Source: the human T2T-CHM13v2.0 reference genome, Homo sapiens. From it: a stretch of 64,000 nucleotides of DNA. The stretch lies in NCBI RefSeq assembly GCF_009914755.1, contig NC_060944.1; one strand, given 5' to 3'. A model generated the notes under the pieces. It did no database searches. It saw nothing but the letters and a program-made list of their open reading frames with translations, and was not told the DNA's origin. Positions 17,954 to 34,161 of the stretch are shown here, piece after piece; position 1 is the first letter of the stretch; each line of letters starts with the position of its first letter. The translations under genes were made by a program, and so were the position numbers.

Positions 17954-18994
17954 GGTAGCTGTATTTTTAACATGCTCTTTAGATAATTTCGTCTGAAGAC
18001 TGGCATTTAGGAGTTTCTAAAGCAGGTGTGTCTTGTTATTAAATAAGCACAGCTGCTTGAAAATTAGTTTGGGAACATAATTTATGACTAAAAGTCTTTC
18101 CAAAAAATCAAACAAATGGTCATGTTCATATTAGTTGATATATTTGTTATTCCTTAAAGACATGGTTTTGTACATGAGTTGCTATTCTCTTAATTCTTAA
18201 GATTCTGTGGAATCATTTATTTGTACAAGTTGTACCAAAAAGGAAAACAAGAGTCCACAGAAATAACTTTTTTATCATTGATTGATTCATTCTCCATTTA
18301 TTTGTTTATTCCTCTGACAAATATTAGATAAGACTAGAGTCAAAAAGGATAGAAATTAGAACAGGACATTCATCCAGTCCTAGGGAATTTTAGTAGAGAT
18401 TATGTGAATTAAACACAAATTAATGTAAGGAAAAGTGCCAGAGAAGGGAGGGATTACTTTTAGCTGTGGGAATTTGAGAATCCTTTTAGAAACATTTTGA
18501 GCTTGAGATTTGGACATAAATGTGTGTAAAATTTGAGTATTTGGACACAGGTAAAAGATGTTCCAGACAGAAGATACAGTGTTAACAAAAGCCTCTGCAT
18601 GGGAAATCCGTGGCTTCCCAATAGAGGAGGTTGTGCTCTTTGTTTTGCCTTAAGTGCAAGATGTGTGGTGAATGAGAGTGATATGAGTTTGCAAATTTGA
18701 TAAGTATTATGTATTTGCCATAAAAAAGTTGAAACTGTGGCTCATGTTTTCATGATCAACAAGTTGAAAATCTTGAAGGGCAGAAAGTAGTAGCAGTAGT
18801 GAGCTGCCACCTTTATATGCCTTCACATTTGTCCACACCCTGTTAACATTCCACATGTAAGTACTGAAAAAGTACTGCACTGACTGTTTCTGCAGAAAGC
18901 ACCACTTAATACCCTGAATAAAGCTTGTCTCTCATATTTTAGGAATGTACTTTTAATGCTTAAGAATTACTTTATTTTTCTCCTTACCTATTAC

Positions 18995-19660
18995 GTATCT
19001 TAGGTTGGATTCCCTAGAAATAGACCCTAAAATGGCAATTTTTAGGCAAGTGGTTCACTAAAGGAGTGCTCTCAAGAGAGTCCTGTAAGACAGTGAGGAA
19101 AGCAGAATAGCACAGGGAGGAAAGCTAAGCAAAGGTGTAGTTTTCCCTGAAGTCTAGCCTTCATCTGATTCCAATGGGAGCTGTGAAGCACGAATAGCAT
19201 CTCAGAATTGTAGGACCTACAGGCATCTTGTATTCTTCCCTTTTATCACTCATTCATTGCCTAAAGCTATCCCTGGAGGGAGGGCATAACCTCCCAACTT
19301 TTCCCAGAAAGGCAACTGAAGACAATTCTCTGTAGAAGGGTACAGCTCTTACTAGCCAACACTCATACAGCTAGAAGATGAAGCACTACAGGTAAAGGGC
19401 AGTGGTTCTCACCTGGGGGTAATTTTGTCCTTGGGAGACACTTACTAATGTCTGAAGATATTTTTAATTAATGTGACTCGGGGTTGGGTGGAGGTGGTGT
19501 TGCCACTGGCAGCTAGTGGGTAGAGGCCAAGGATGCTGCTGAACATATGCAGAAGAACTTTTCTACAACAAAGAATTATGCAGTCCAATTGTCAGTAGTG
19601 CTAAGGTTGAGAAACCCTGGGTAAAGGGAGTCTGAGTAGGACATCAACAGTGACTGCTGC
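18995..19660 (-). mobile_element. Old ERVL LTR (LTR33-like) interrupted by MER20
   Basis: tcttaggttggattccctagaaatagaccct...ggagtgctctc, ending acatcaacagtgactgctgca. Confidence 0.6.
19400..19619 (+). mobile_element. MER20 (hAT-Charlie)
   Basis: cagtggttctca...ctagtgggtagaggccaaggatgctgct...ggttgagaaaccctg, flanked by GGTAAAGGG direct repeats. Confidence 0.9.
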
Positions 19661-19776
19661 ACCTTTCTTTTTATGTATGCCCTGGGCTATATTTGTAAAC
19701 TGCAGTAGCAGGAGCCATTCTTAAGTATTGACCAGATCAGGTGAAAAAAACTAAAAGCTCATTCATTCATTCATGC

Positions 19777-20079
<303 letters not shown>

Positions 20080-20850
20080 TCATTCATGCATTTATTCAGG
20101 AGATGTTTCATTAGGTAATTAAAGAACACCTGCTATGTGCCAGGCACTAGGCTAAGCAGTGGGGATACAGAGAGATAGTATCCGCTCTTGGGAAGCTCAG
20201 AAAATTAAGAACTAAGAGACATCATAACCCAGTGACTTTGTCAAGTTTAAAAGAGAGAATATATATTAACACAATTTGTACAAACTTAAACATAAATATT
20301 CAATCATTTACCCAACAAATATTATTGAGCACCTACTAGATACCATATGCTATTCTAGGCACTGGAGATATAGCAGTGAACAATAGGGAAAAAGTCTTTG
20401 CCATCAAGTAGTATATAATCCAATGGGAGAAACAGCTAACAAACACTCAAATAAATATGTAATAACAATTTAGATAAAGATAAGTGCTTTGAAGAACTCA
20501 GAAGAAAAAAGTAGAATAGAGAGTGAATTGAGGCAGGGGCTGTGGGTGCCTTATATTAGTAAGAATGATCAGAAAAAGCCTCTTTAAAGAGATGACAGTT
20601 CAGGTGAGACCTTAATGACGAGAAGGAGTTAGCCATGTGAAGATCTGGGGGAAAAAGATCTATTTCAAGAAGATGCTTGGCTTCATGGAGAAACCAAAAC
20701 TGTTGCTAGATGTGCGGGCTGGGGAGTGGTAAGGTGTGAGTTCAGAGAGGTGAGCAGGGACTGCATCGTGGAAGCCCACTAGACCACTGTAAAGAGTGTG
20801 GACTTTATTCTTATTGCAGTGGGAAGCCATTGGAGGTTTTTAAGGCAGCA
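20080..20850 (-). mobile_element. L2 fragments
   Basis: acctgctatgtgccaggcactaggctaag; caacaaatattattgagcacctact; gtgggaagccattggaggtttttaag. Confidence 0.7.
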
Positions 20851-21356
20851 TTTTGGCAGATGTGTGATAGTCCAGCAAAGAGATCCAATGGAGGAAAATG
20901 ATCACCAAGAAGGACATTATGTGCTTGCCAGCTGAGTCTTTGACCCTTCCCAAAGTGCATTATAGAGTGTCTTTCCATTTTATTTCATAACTCACTTTCC
21001 TAGGTAAAATATCTGCCATTGGAAGAGTATGAAAATATAGACATAAATTTAACATTACACCTTTTCCAGCAGCATTGCATTATTTCAAAAATGGTGAATG
21101 AATATTAGGTTTGAGTTTTAAAGGGCAGTGAATCATTTGTTATGCCCAAGTCCCAAATCGGGACACATCACTAGAAAGAGGAAGCCCATCAGATTAATGA
21201 GGAAAGTTAGATATTAGGTACCTAAACTGTATTTGGTGTAGTGTTTCAACCAAACCAAATCACTTTTAACCTTTTTATGTATGTAAGTCCTCATTTTGAC
21301 AGATGTAGCAGCATAGGCTGAACAATTATTGAATAATGTATTTCTAGTTAGTTTGG

Positions 21357-21409
21357 GTGTATGCATGTGTGTGTGTTCATGCATGTGTGTGTGTTCATGC
21401 ATGTGTGTA
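21357..21409 (+). repeat. 18-bp tandem repeat (CATGCATGTGTGTGTGTT) x~2.7
   Basis: Directly visible; source of the MHEHTH ORF. Confidence 0.85.
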
Positions 21410-22389
21410 TAGCACAGTGACTAGAGGATTGAATTTCTGTTAGGGGATAAATAAAAAGCCTACTAGATGAATAGTTTGTAGAATGATTTTTGAGAGCTGC
21501 TTGGAACCCAGAGTTTACAGCCTAATTACAATCTTCTGACAGACCTTTAGTGAGCAGTAATCATGAGGATAGGCTTGACTTGAGTTTGAATGGTACTGTT
21601 GTTTATTCTGCTGTTCACAGAGAGCAGCATATAAAATGGATTATTTTGTGTGTTAGTATTCTTTTATGTGTTAGTAGCTAATGACATTTTTGATACATTA
21701 ATAGGAAGCTTGCCAGAAGCCCAAAGGAGCTTGAATATTTTGTAGGCAAGTAATTTATTTAAAAATTAGCTACGGCATAACGTGTATATCATAGAAGCAA
21801 ACAACATTATTCCACTAGTAAAGAGTAGGCATTGAGATGCTCTTTTGATAGAATCCTTTTTTAAGAAGTATTTTCAGAGCTCATAAATTATAAATTTGGC
21901 AAATATGGAGCTCTTTTAAGTTGATTTTTAAAGTGAACCATATGTTTAGCAGGATTTCTAATTGCTGTAAATGTCCATTGATGAATAAAAATGAGTAAGC
22001 AAGTTTTCTTTTTTACCATACCTGGCAATTTTATTAATGTCTTACCTAACTGTAAACTCAATAGTAGCTGTTTCTGACACAGAAGTGTCAGAAACACTAC
22101 TTCTGTGTCAGAAACAGCCAGTCAGTGGCTTCCCACTGACTCATCATCCAACTTAGTAATTATCAATTCATGGCCAATGTATATACCCATGCAATTTCAC
22201 CCTTAACTATATTTTTGAAGCAAATCCCAGAAATTATATCACTTAGTTCATAAATTAATAGAACCTCTAAAAGATAAGAATTGGGTTTGTGTGTGCACGT
22301 GTGTGTTTTTACTATCACAATACCATTTAAATTCAGCTTGGAAACACTCTTTATTACTCTTGGGGAAGTTAGGAAAACGACTTGTACTT

Positions 22390-22720
22390 CTTTCCATGAA
22401 GGTTTAACTGCTGCCAGAATTTCTTTCCTGTAATAAAAAACTAGAAAATCAAACACAAAATATGTAACAACTGTTTTCAGATAGCAGACAACAGGCAATG
22501 TAGGACTGTGAGACCTGAGAGGAGGGAAATCAATAAGGCCGGCCCAACAATTGTCCCAGCTTCCTCTCTGAGGCTGATTTCAGGCCAAGGGGCAGGAAGG
22601 AGAACTGAAACAGAGCCCAGCCAACTCACTGAATTGAGGAGGCAGAGACTGGAGTTAGGGGAAACCCACTGGGATTTGCAAGACAGAATATCATTAGGAG
22701 GGGACTGTGTGGGGGGGCTG
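22390..22720 (+). mobile_element. Ancient L1M 5'-region fragment
   Basis: aacaactgttttcagata...caacaggca...aggactgtgag...ctgagaggagggaaa...ggaggcagagactggagtt. Confidence 0.55.
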
Positions 22721-23349
22721 GGGGGAGTGGTAATACCTGGTGCTACCATTCTGTACCTTGCTCTTTTTAACTTAACAATGTATTTATTTATTATTTAAAT
22801 GTTATTTGTAGAGTTTCCAATATGTGCCCACCCTGTTCTAGATGTTGTGGATGCAGCCTGCCTTCTGATGTATTGTCATCTCACAAGCAGTAGTTCCAGA
22901 TTTCAGTCCAACTAGGAAGACACAGTGGGACTGAGTCTAGCACTAAGTTTACTCTATAGAGGATAAAACTTTTATTGCACATGTTACTGTCTCCTAGAAC
23001 ATTAGCTTTCAATATTCAAGAATTGTAGAAACTCATTAGGTATGCTGAGCTCTGGTCCCAAGTCAGAACAGAATTTTGAGGTACTATTCTTGGCCTGTCA
23101 ATTACTCAGGCTGATTCTACTTGCACATCAATAGAGTAGTTTCATAATCTACTGTGATTCAATCTGTTGGAATCGTCTATCTATATGGAAACCTAGCTAG
23201 AAGGACATGTAAATAACCATGCATTTTCTCATCATAAAGCCAGGACCATGCTTATTGTAGTTTCAGTTGCAGAACTATTTTGCAGCCATGCCCATAGACT
23301 ATGAGTCAGTTTGAACAAATTATCATATTTATAAGCTTGCTATAATTAA

Positions 23350-23945
23350 TACTTAGGATACAATGACCTTGGGAAAATTCGATATCATCTGCTACATGTG
23401 AAGATATGAATATCTAAAGATTCAGCAATTCTATCCCTAGATGTGTACCCAACATATTTATATGTGTGCATGTGCATTTAGAGACATGTACAAGAAGTTC
23501 ATGGCTGCATTATTCATAATAGCTCAAAACTTAAAACTACCCAAGTGTCCATCAGCAACAAATACATAAATATATTTTGGTAAATCATGTAATGGAACAG
23601 TACACAGCAGTGAAAATGAAGAAACTACGTGTATACATAACTTATGTGAATCACACAAATGTAATGTTTGCGTGAAAGAAGCCACACATGAAAATATGCA
23701 TGGTGGGTGATTCCATTTGAGTAAAGTTCAAATACAGGCAACATTAAAGTATAGCTTGAAGAGATGCAAATTTAGGTAAACTATTAAGCAAAGCAAGTAA
23801 ATAATTACCGTAAAAATGGGGATTGGAATTACTTTTGGTCAAAGATTGTAATTACAAAGCAGTGTGTGCTGCACTTCCGGGAGTGCTTGCAGTGTTCTTT
23901 GCCTTCACCTGGGTGGTGGTGTAAAAGTATTCATTCTAAAATAAT
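23350..23945 (+). mobile_element. L1ME-like 3' end
   Basis: cagcaattctatccctag...tgcattattcataatagctcaaaac...cccaagtgtccatcagca...gattccattt...aaagttcaaatacaggcaa. Confidence 0.7.
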
Positions 23946-23964
23946 TGATAGTTTTATATACCTA

Positions 23965-26798
<2,834 letters not shown>

Positions 26799-27334
26799 TA
26801 CATGGGAATTATTTTTTAAATAAAACTTAAAAACAAACCCTGACCATAACTACTTAACCTGGGAATTTTCTGAATATTAATATTTGCAAAGTACCTTTCA
26901 GTGTAGAAGGGATAAGATTACTTGTGGAATCCTCTGAACAGAAAGAAGAGGCATCTGACCCAAGATTTAATTTCTTACATAGTGAAGGACTTCCTTTTGA
27001 TATATACAGAGAAAGACCAGTTAATTGAGATTCTCGTATTCTAAATTTCACATTTTTTTTCTGTGTTAGACTCCTGTATTTATTCCAAGAAGCTCGATAG
27101 AATAATTTAGGATTGTAATGTCACATGCAGGTGCAATGTGACATTTCTGAGTCATGCCTTGGAGCTGACAGTACAACTTTTCCCCACCCCCATCCATAGC
27201 TTTTTACCTGTTTCTAAGGTTTTCTAAATCATAAAGATGAGGCTACTGATAGTTTGAGTGAGGCTTATCAAATCCTGTAGCTTATTACATGGAAGAGATG
27301 GATTTCACCTAGAAGTAAAACTTTCGTTTACTGA

Positions 27335-27550
27335 TAATGATAACAGCTAATGTCTGTTACAACATCGCTACCTCAGAGATTTTATTATGTATCACACATT
27401 CTTTTATGTGCATACTTGCATTAGCTCATGTGAATCTCACAACTATTCACAAGTATTATTTCCATTTTAGTAGTGAGGAAACTGAGACCCAGAGGAGTGC
27501 CTTGAAAATAGATGTGTTTGACTCCAAAGCCCATGCTCTTTATTGCTGGG
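27335..27550 (-). mobile_element. MIR
   Basis: ccattttagtagtgaggaaactgagacccagag...tgactccaaagcccatgctctt. Confidence 0.75.
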
Positions 27551-28111
27551 ATACTTTATAATGCTTTCGTTTAGTTCAGGGTCGCAAAAGAAACAAAGCT
27601 CTTGGGTTTTTGTTGTTGTTGTTGTTGTCGTTAATGGTACATTTATTTCAAGTGGAAACTTTAGAAAATTGACAAGCTTTTCACTCATGTCTCACTGATG
27701 TCTTCCATGTGCCTTTGAGTCTTCCTTGGCCAGTCACTTATGTTTTTAAGTAGGATTCAGAATCAGAGGTGGTCACACCACCTACCTCAAAGGCTGATTC
27801 AGCTTCGGACTACATTTTTGGACTAATGTTTAAGACTCAGCTGGGCCAGGCTCAGAGTCCATCCTGTGTTTTCCACATCTGATTTCTTACATAGTGAAGG
27901 ACTTGCTTTTGATATATACCTAGAAGCAGCCATTGAATAAAAGACCTTGGATGTAATGCAAGAGAATGGGGCAAGCAGAGGAAATAGTTGAAAGTTTGTA
28001 GTGAGCCATCATTGTCACATTAGACCTTTGTTTAAAAAATGTATCCATTGTTAATATTTCTACTTTTACCTAAAGTTAGGTGACAGTTATAAGGAAAAGC
28101 TGTGGCCGTCT

Positions 28112-28372
28112 TAATAATAGCTAAGATATATTGAGCACTTAGTATGTTCCAAGAACTGTTACAAGACTTTTTACCTATTAATGTAGTTAACACTCGCCAC
28201 GATCCTATCAGGTATGTATTCTTAATTCTCCTCATTTTCAGAAATGGAGTTGGAAGCACAGAGCAGTTCCTAATTTACCTGAGATCACACACCTAGTAGG
28301 TGGTAGACTTAGGAGTTACTCAGGAAGGCTAATTCTAGAACCCACACATTTAACCACTATGTCATGCTGCCT
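28112..28372 (-). mobile_element. MIR, near full length
   Basis: taataatagctaagatatattgagcactt...cattttcagaaatggag...gatcacacacctagtagg...taaccactatg. Confidence 0.85.
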
Positions 28373-29167
28373 CTTCTTGAGTTGAAGAAAGATTTGCATG
28401 TGAATATACTTTATATTTTTAAAAAAATGAAAGGTGCCATGGCATCTCAGGTGGGAAAAAATAAAGAAAAAATAAAAAATGAAAGGATATCAAGTGTTGG
28501 TGGCATATTGAATCCTTTGATTTATTTCAACATAAACTATCTGCACTGGTAGAAAGACATTTATAGTTTGGTCGCCTTATAGGTTATAAGGCAATAAACC
28601 TCATACTGTAAGTTTATAAGACTGCCAAGCATTTTCCAAACTCCTTTCATGTCTATGAACCACTGAACAACAAAGATCAAGTATGAAAAAATGTTCTTTT
28701 GAATTTCCCTAAAGCAAGAACATACTGAAATGAATGGTGAATAGTTGGTTCCTTGTCATTCCTTGATCAAATAATGACCTTCGTGTCTATTGATTCTCAC
28801 TTTTCTTTTGAAAATAGAGTGTTTTTATTCTACCAATGATTTAAACTAGAAAATTATTATTGCTGTCCCCTTAAAGCATTACATTTTTTTTAACTAAAAT
28901 GTCTTGATGTTATTGATTTAACCTGTTTCCCTCTTTTGAAATAGCTGTGTAGTCCTCTTAATGTATACAACATAGATTTCTGGAAAGCAATTCATATATA
29001 CTTATAAAATATGAATTCTATTTTAATTCAGATCTTTTATGCATAACTACTGTGAAATCTGTAAGTTCTCTTGATTTCCTTTCTTTGGATTAAATCTTTT
29101 TCTTATAAAAATGTAGAAAACAAATTTTACCTTTATTAGGATAGATAGAACTATGTACAGAAAGTAC

Positions 29168-29611
29168 AGTATATAGTTTTCTGTTGCTATATAATTACTA
29201 CAGAATTACTGTCTTAAAACAACATGCATTTATTATCTCAAAGTTCTGTAGATCAGAAGTGTAGCTGGCTTCTCTGCTCAGAGTTTCACAAGACTAAAAT
29301 CTAGATATCATCATGCTGGGCTTTTATCTGGAGTCTCTGGAGAAAAATCTGCTTCCAGGAGCATTCAGATTATTGGCAGAATTGAGTTCCTTGTGGTTGT
29401 TGGACTGTACTCCCTGTTTTCTTGCTGACTGTCAGCAGAGAGCCGCCTTTAGCGTCATGCAGCCCTCTCCATCTTCAAAGGCAGCAATGACTTATTAAAT
29501 CCTTTTTAGGCTTGGATATTCTCTGACTTCACTTTCACTCACATTCAAAGGGAGGATGTTATAAAAGAGTGAAAATCATTGGAAGTCATTCTTAGAATTC
29601 TGCCTACCACA
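29168..29611 (-). mobile_element. MLT1D/E-like MaLR LTR
   Basis: ttaaaacaacatgcatttattatctca...gttctgtagatcagaagt...cttagaattctgcctaccaca. Confidence 0.8.
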
Positions 29612-29796
29612 GAGAGGTAGCAAAGTATTTATGAGTTTGGTACTTCCTTGAGATTTGATATTGACAAAGCCTGAAATAGGCGACTTGCTTTACATGAGTG
29701 ATTTTAATGTCCTTATACCTATTGATTTTTCAAAGGGAGTACAGCACTTTTAAATTTATTATTATTCTTGCTTATGTTAGAATTCAGACTTGGAAG

Positions 29797-30099
<303 letters not shown>

Positions 30100-31399
30100 G
30101 GAAGTTATTTTTAAAGTGGTGAAAGTATAAAATTATTTTGCATTCACTGAAAGATTGTTAAACATTCGTAAAGAAGGTGGTCTTCTAACCCTGATTCCAA
30201 AGTTCCTTCCTCTGATGTCAGTGGAGAGGTGGAGCCACTTACTATGGCTTATATTTATGGTAAAGGCAGAACATGTTGAGAATGAACTGAATTTCACAGA
30301 GAACTTATCTTTTCAATTTTCTTGCTTTAGGGTCACATAGCTTTGCTATGCGGCATTTTTTCAATGAAACTGACCACCAGCCATTTCTTATAGGAAATGC
30401 ACAAGGCCTCAGGCAGCAAGCAACAGCTGAGGGGATCAGCGGATCTTTTAATCTGCCTGACGCTGGCCGTAGAGTCCTTGCAAGCATCCACCACGCCCCA
30501 GAGAGCTTGTTTTCTGAGGTGGTAGAAGGGCCACATCCACAGTATTCACATCCCTTAGATCCTCTCTCTGGGAAGCCACAGTGGTGATAAATGTCGAGAA
30601 GAGCAGTTATTCTCAGGGTATATGACCTCACAGCCACCACAGCTCATCTCTGCTTTATTTGGCTTTCATTCATTGAAGAGACAGATTTTGAGCAGGAAGT
30701 ACATCTTGCAAGTACTGTCTAATTACTGATTACCCTCTTTCTGACTCCACCATGTGAGAAGCCCTTCAGCTGACCCGTTTCCTTTATAACTAGTACTTAA
30801 TATGCATCAGATTTGTGCCTTTTTAAGTTTTATAGTCTTCCAGTTCTGCATAGTTCCAAATATGTCTCTTTAGTGAATCAAGCCTCCCTGACACCACTCC
30901 CTGTGTCTTCCAACCCACAGCCCCCAATGCATTTAAAGGTACATTCAGCAGAACAAAATTTCCCAATAGAGTCATACAGTGGCTTATTCATAGTGCACAC
31001 TGGGGGTCTTCTAATGAAGGATAGAGGGCACTTGTGTCATGGTATCTTCTATGATTCTTTTGTGTCAAATTCAACATCTACATTAGTGCCCCCTTGAAAT
31101 ACCATGACCTCTTAGCTCTACAAGTCTAGTCTTTTATCATTTACCAGAATGAACACATTTTGAGTGTCTTTATTATGCTGTACCACTTTATTTCCATGAT
31201 AAAGAAATGAGAACCCCTTCTTTATGTCTGAGACCTTTCCATTCTCTTACTACTTACGAATGCAAACTTTCATGTCATCATACTTTTCAGGTAAGAAAAT
31301 TTCCATTATTTCTAATAGAATTGATGTCTAGATTATTTTAATCATGACTACCTATCCTTGGACACTTTATGTTTATCAGAGCTCTCTTTCAAAGGCTCA

Positions 31400-31490
31400 T
31401 CTGAACCGAACATAATATTCCAAACGTGTTCTGCCCAGCCCAGAGCAGTCTAGACTGCTTCCTCCCTTGATGTGTGGATTATACTTTCCC
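31400..31490 (-). mobile_element. L3/CR1 fragment (a related fragment at ~33450-33680)
   Basis: ctgaaccgaacataatattccaaacgtgttctgcccagc; tcattattcaagttattgataaaaagcttgaa. Confidence 0.5.
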
Positions 31491-32099
31491 AGGTTCAGGT
31501 AGTATCCATTCTGTCGCCAGAAGACAAGTTAATGAATGTCTAATGAAGCCAACCAGTATTTTTAAAAAGAAGTCTAAGATTGCCTTAGAATATTTAGTAG
31601 ACATACTGTGCCTCTGGTTCAGACTGAAATTGTGGTTGACTAAACTCCCCCACGCTCATTTTCTTTGGTTTGTTTATTTAGATCATTATACATTGATGAA
31701 TTCCACTTCTCCACAGCTTTCAGCTTTAATTCCTTCTTGCTTCAGGTTATATCCAACAGTTTATTATTTCAAAAGCTCTCTGTTAGCCTTTTTAAGTACT
31801 CTTATCTCTGAACTCCTAGTACTGGGTCAATCCAGCCATCTACTCCACACCTAACCTCAGGCTGCTGAGAACTGCTGTTGAAAAATCACACACCTTATTT
31901 TTGTCTTTGTCTTTTTTATGTTTTTTTTTTTTGGTCTGTATAAAATAAGATTGATTACTTTTGCTAGTCAGCACCATGATTTAAAATTTTGATTTAAACT
32001 TGATTAGCTGCCCCATATTTTCCTCCTAGATTGTAAGCATGTTCCTTGCTCTGGGACTTTGCGCTTGTGATTACCTCTGTCTAATGCTCTTCCACTAGT

Positions 32100-32279
32100 T
32101 GAGTAATTTTCAGTCGTGACTATATATTAGAATCAATGGGGACTTTAAAACAGCTCTGATGCTCGGCCCCACTCCAGACCAATTAACTCAGAATTTCTGA
32201 AGGGTGGGACCCAGGAATTAGTTTTGTTTTAAAAGATCCCCAGGTAATGCTACTGTGCACTAAGGTTAAAAGTCACTAC
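32100..32279. mobile_element. MER5A inside L2
   Basis: attagaatcaatgggga...ggccccactccagaccaattaactcagaatttctg...gggacccagga...ccccaggtaatgcta. Confidence 0.8.
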
Positions 32280-34159
32280 CCTATAAAGATGCATGCTTTG
32301 CCTTCTCACTTTAATTGGTTTTAAGCTCAAATGATCACCACTTTAGGGAGGATTTTCCTGTTTATCTAAAATATAGACCTCTTTCACTTTCTATTCCCTT
32401 CTCCTGCCTTATTTTTCTTCACAGAATGTATCATTTATTTACCAGGTAAGCTATTGTTGCTTATTCATTTCATGTGTTTGCCTTCTTCTCACAGAATATA
32501 ACCTTCATGAGTGCGTACATATATATAATAATATACACATTATGTAATGTATTATCAATGGTGATTAGAACCAAAAACACAAAAGAGTGGAAGAGACTGA
32601 CTTGGAACAGTATATATAGAGAGAAGAGGGCCTAGAATAGAACCCCAAGGAACTAAAACATTTTGGGAGCCCATGTGGTGGTTACTCTATTTCTTGATTG
32701 GTTTAGTTCACTGCCATAGTCCACCATCTATAGTAGAGCATGGCATACTATTCAACAAAGTTGTTGAAAGGAGTTCCCCAGTACTTCACCATTTTCCTCA
32801 ACCTCCCAAATAAATTTTCTTTTTCACTCTTAGAATATTTTTAAATTGCAGAAAAAAATAAAAACTGTCTAATGAAAATTCTTTAACATTCTAGTCCCTT
32901 TGACCAAGCTTATAAAGTGCCCATGTATCTTTTTTCGTATCTCAGAAAATTGATTCTCCTGGTGTTTGGGGGAAAGATTTTGTTACATATTTTTTTTTTG
33001 TTTTGAATTCCTTTATTTTGGATCCTGTTCCATTCTCTTCATCTTAAGACTTTGATCTATTCACTCTCTCTCCTTTATTGGTGCCTTTCTTCAACGTGAG
33101 TCTACTTGTGTTTCTCCCATTTAAAACTAACATTCTCTCTTCTGTCTCTCTTGCTCTTTCTCTCTCTCCCTGCTAAATCCTCTCATTTGTCTTATCTCTT
33201 TTCATTTTTAAACCTCTCTATCCTCTCATTTCTACCCCTGATGCTTCAGCAAAAGTGCTCTGAAGTCAATAATGATCTATTTTTTTCCAAATCCAGTGGG
33301 CACTGTTCATTATTCATCTTTCTTGACTTTCCCTCTATTAAGTTGGGAATGTTGTTAACTTCTCCTTTTGAAAATTCTCTTCTTTCTTGGTTTCTGTGAT
33401 ATCCCTCTCTCTTAAGTCTGATTCTACCTCTAAGGTACAATCCTTGGTAAGAAAGTCATATGTGTCATTATTCAAGTTATTGATAAAAAGCTTGAAAAAA
33501 TTCAGGCTTGAGGACAGGTTCTGTGTTGTGCTGTTAGAGACCCACGTCTAGGTTGTTGCTGATCAATTTTAGGGGTCTGTTATTCAGTCTGCTGAATAAC
33601 ATGATTATACAGTCTGTGGATCTCCATCTAGTCCTGGAGGATATAATTAAAAATTGTTAAATGTTTTAATGAAATTATGATAAAATATAAATCATACAGG
33701 ATTATACCTCACAGTAACACAAATTTTAACATAAGGCAATTGGCAATTGATATTTAGGGGGTCTTCAAGCCAGCACCTCATTCTCAAACAAGGATAAGCT
33801 AAAATTCCTATCTTCTAGGGAGAGGACAAGTTGTAGAGGGTAGCAAAACATCAGACAGCTAGGATCTTAAAAATAGAGAGGCTGAGAGCAAACAAGATCC
33901 TAATATTTTCTCTTTTCAGTGTCCCCAGATTGGTTGACAAAGCAAAGATCAATTGTATATGAGGCCATTAAATTACTGCAGCTATCCCAGGAGTGCCAGT
34001 TAGCCATGACCCAGCATTGTCTTCTTGTTTAATTAAGCTAGAGGAGCAAATGCCACTATTTGATACCAAACCATAGTTGGACTTGAGTTGGGTGTTGATT
34101 GCTGCAGCTAGAACATAGGTATTCTATACGCCTCAAAGTGTGAACCGTGGACTAAATGT

Positions 34160-34161
<2 letters not shown>

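Noticed and set aside
22067-22141. Repeats or hairpins as a CRISPR-like array or pre-miRNA
   Set aside because: Mammalian DNA with no repeat-spacer periodicity or cas genes. The 20-bp stem is too short for a typical Drosha substrate.
28574-28592. 8-9-bp hairpins (also 32751-32768 and ~63457-63483)
   Set aside because: Stems this short are expected by chance in 64 kb of AT-rich DNA.
30305-30640. Minus-strand 111-aa and 67-aa ORFs as a processed pseudogene
   Set aside because: No recognisable protein in any frame and no polyA tail or TSD. The region is kept only as a + strand exon/enhancer candidate.
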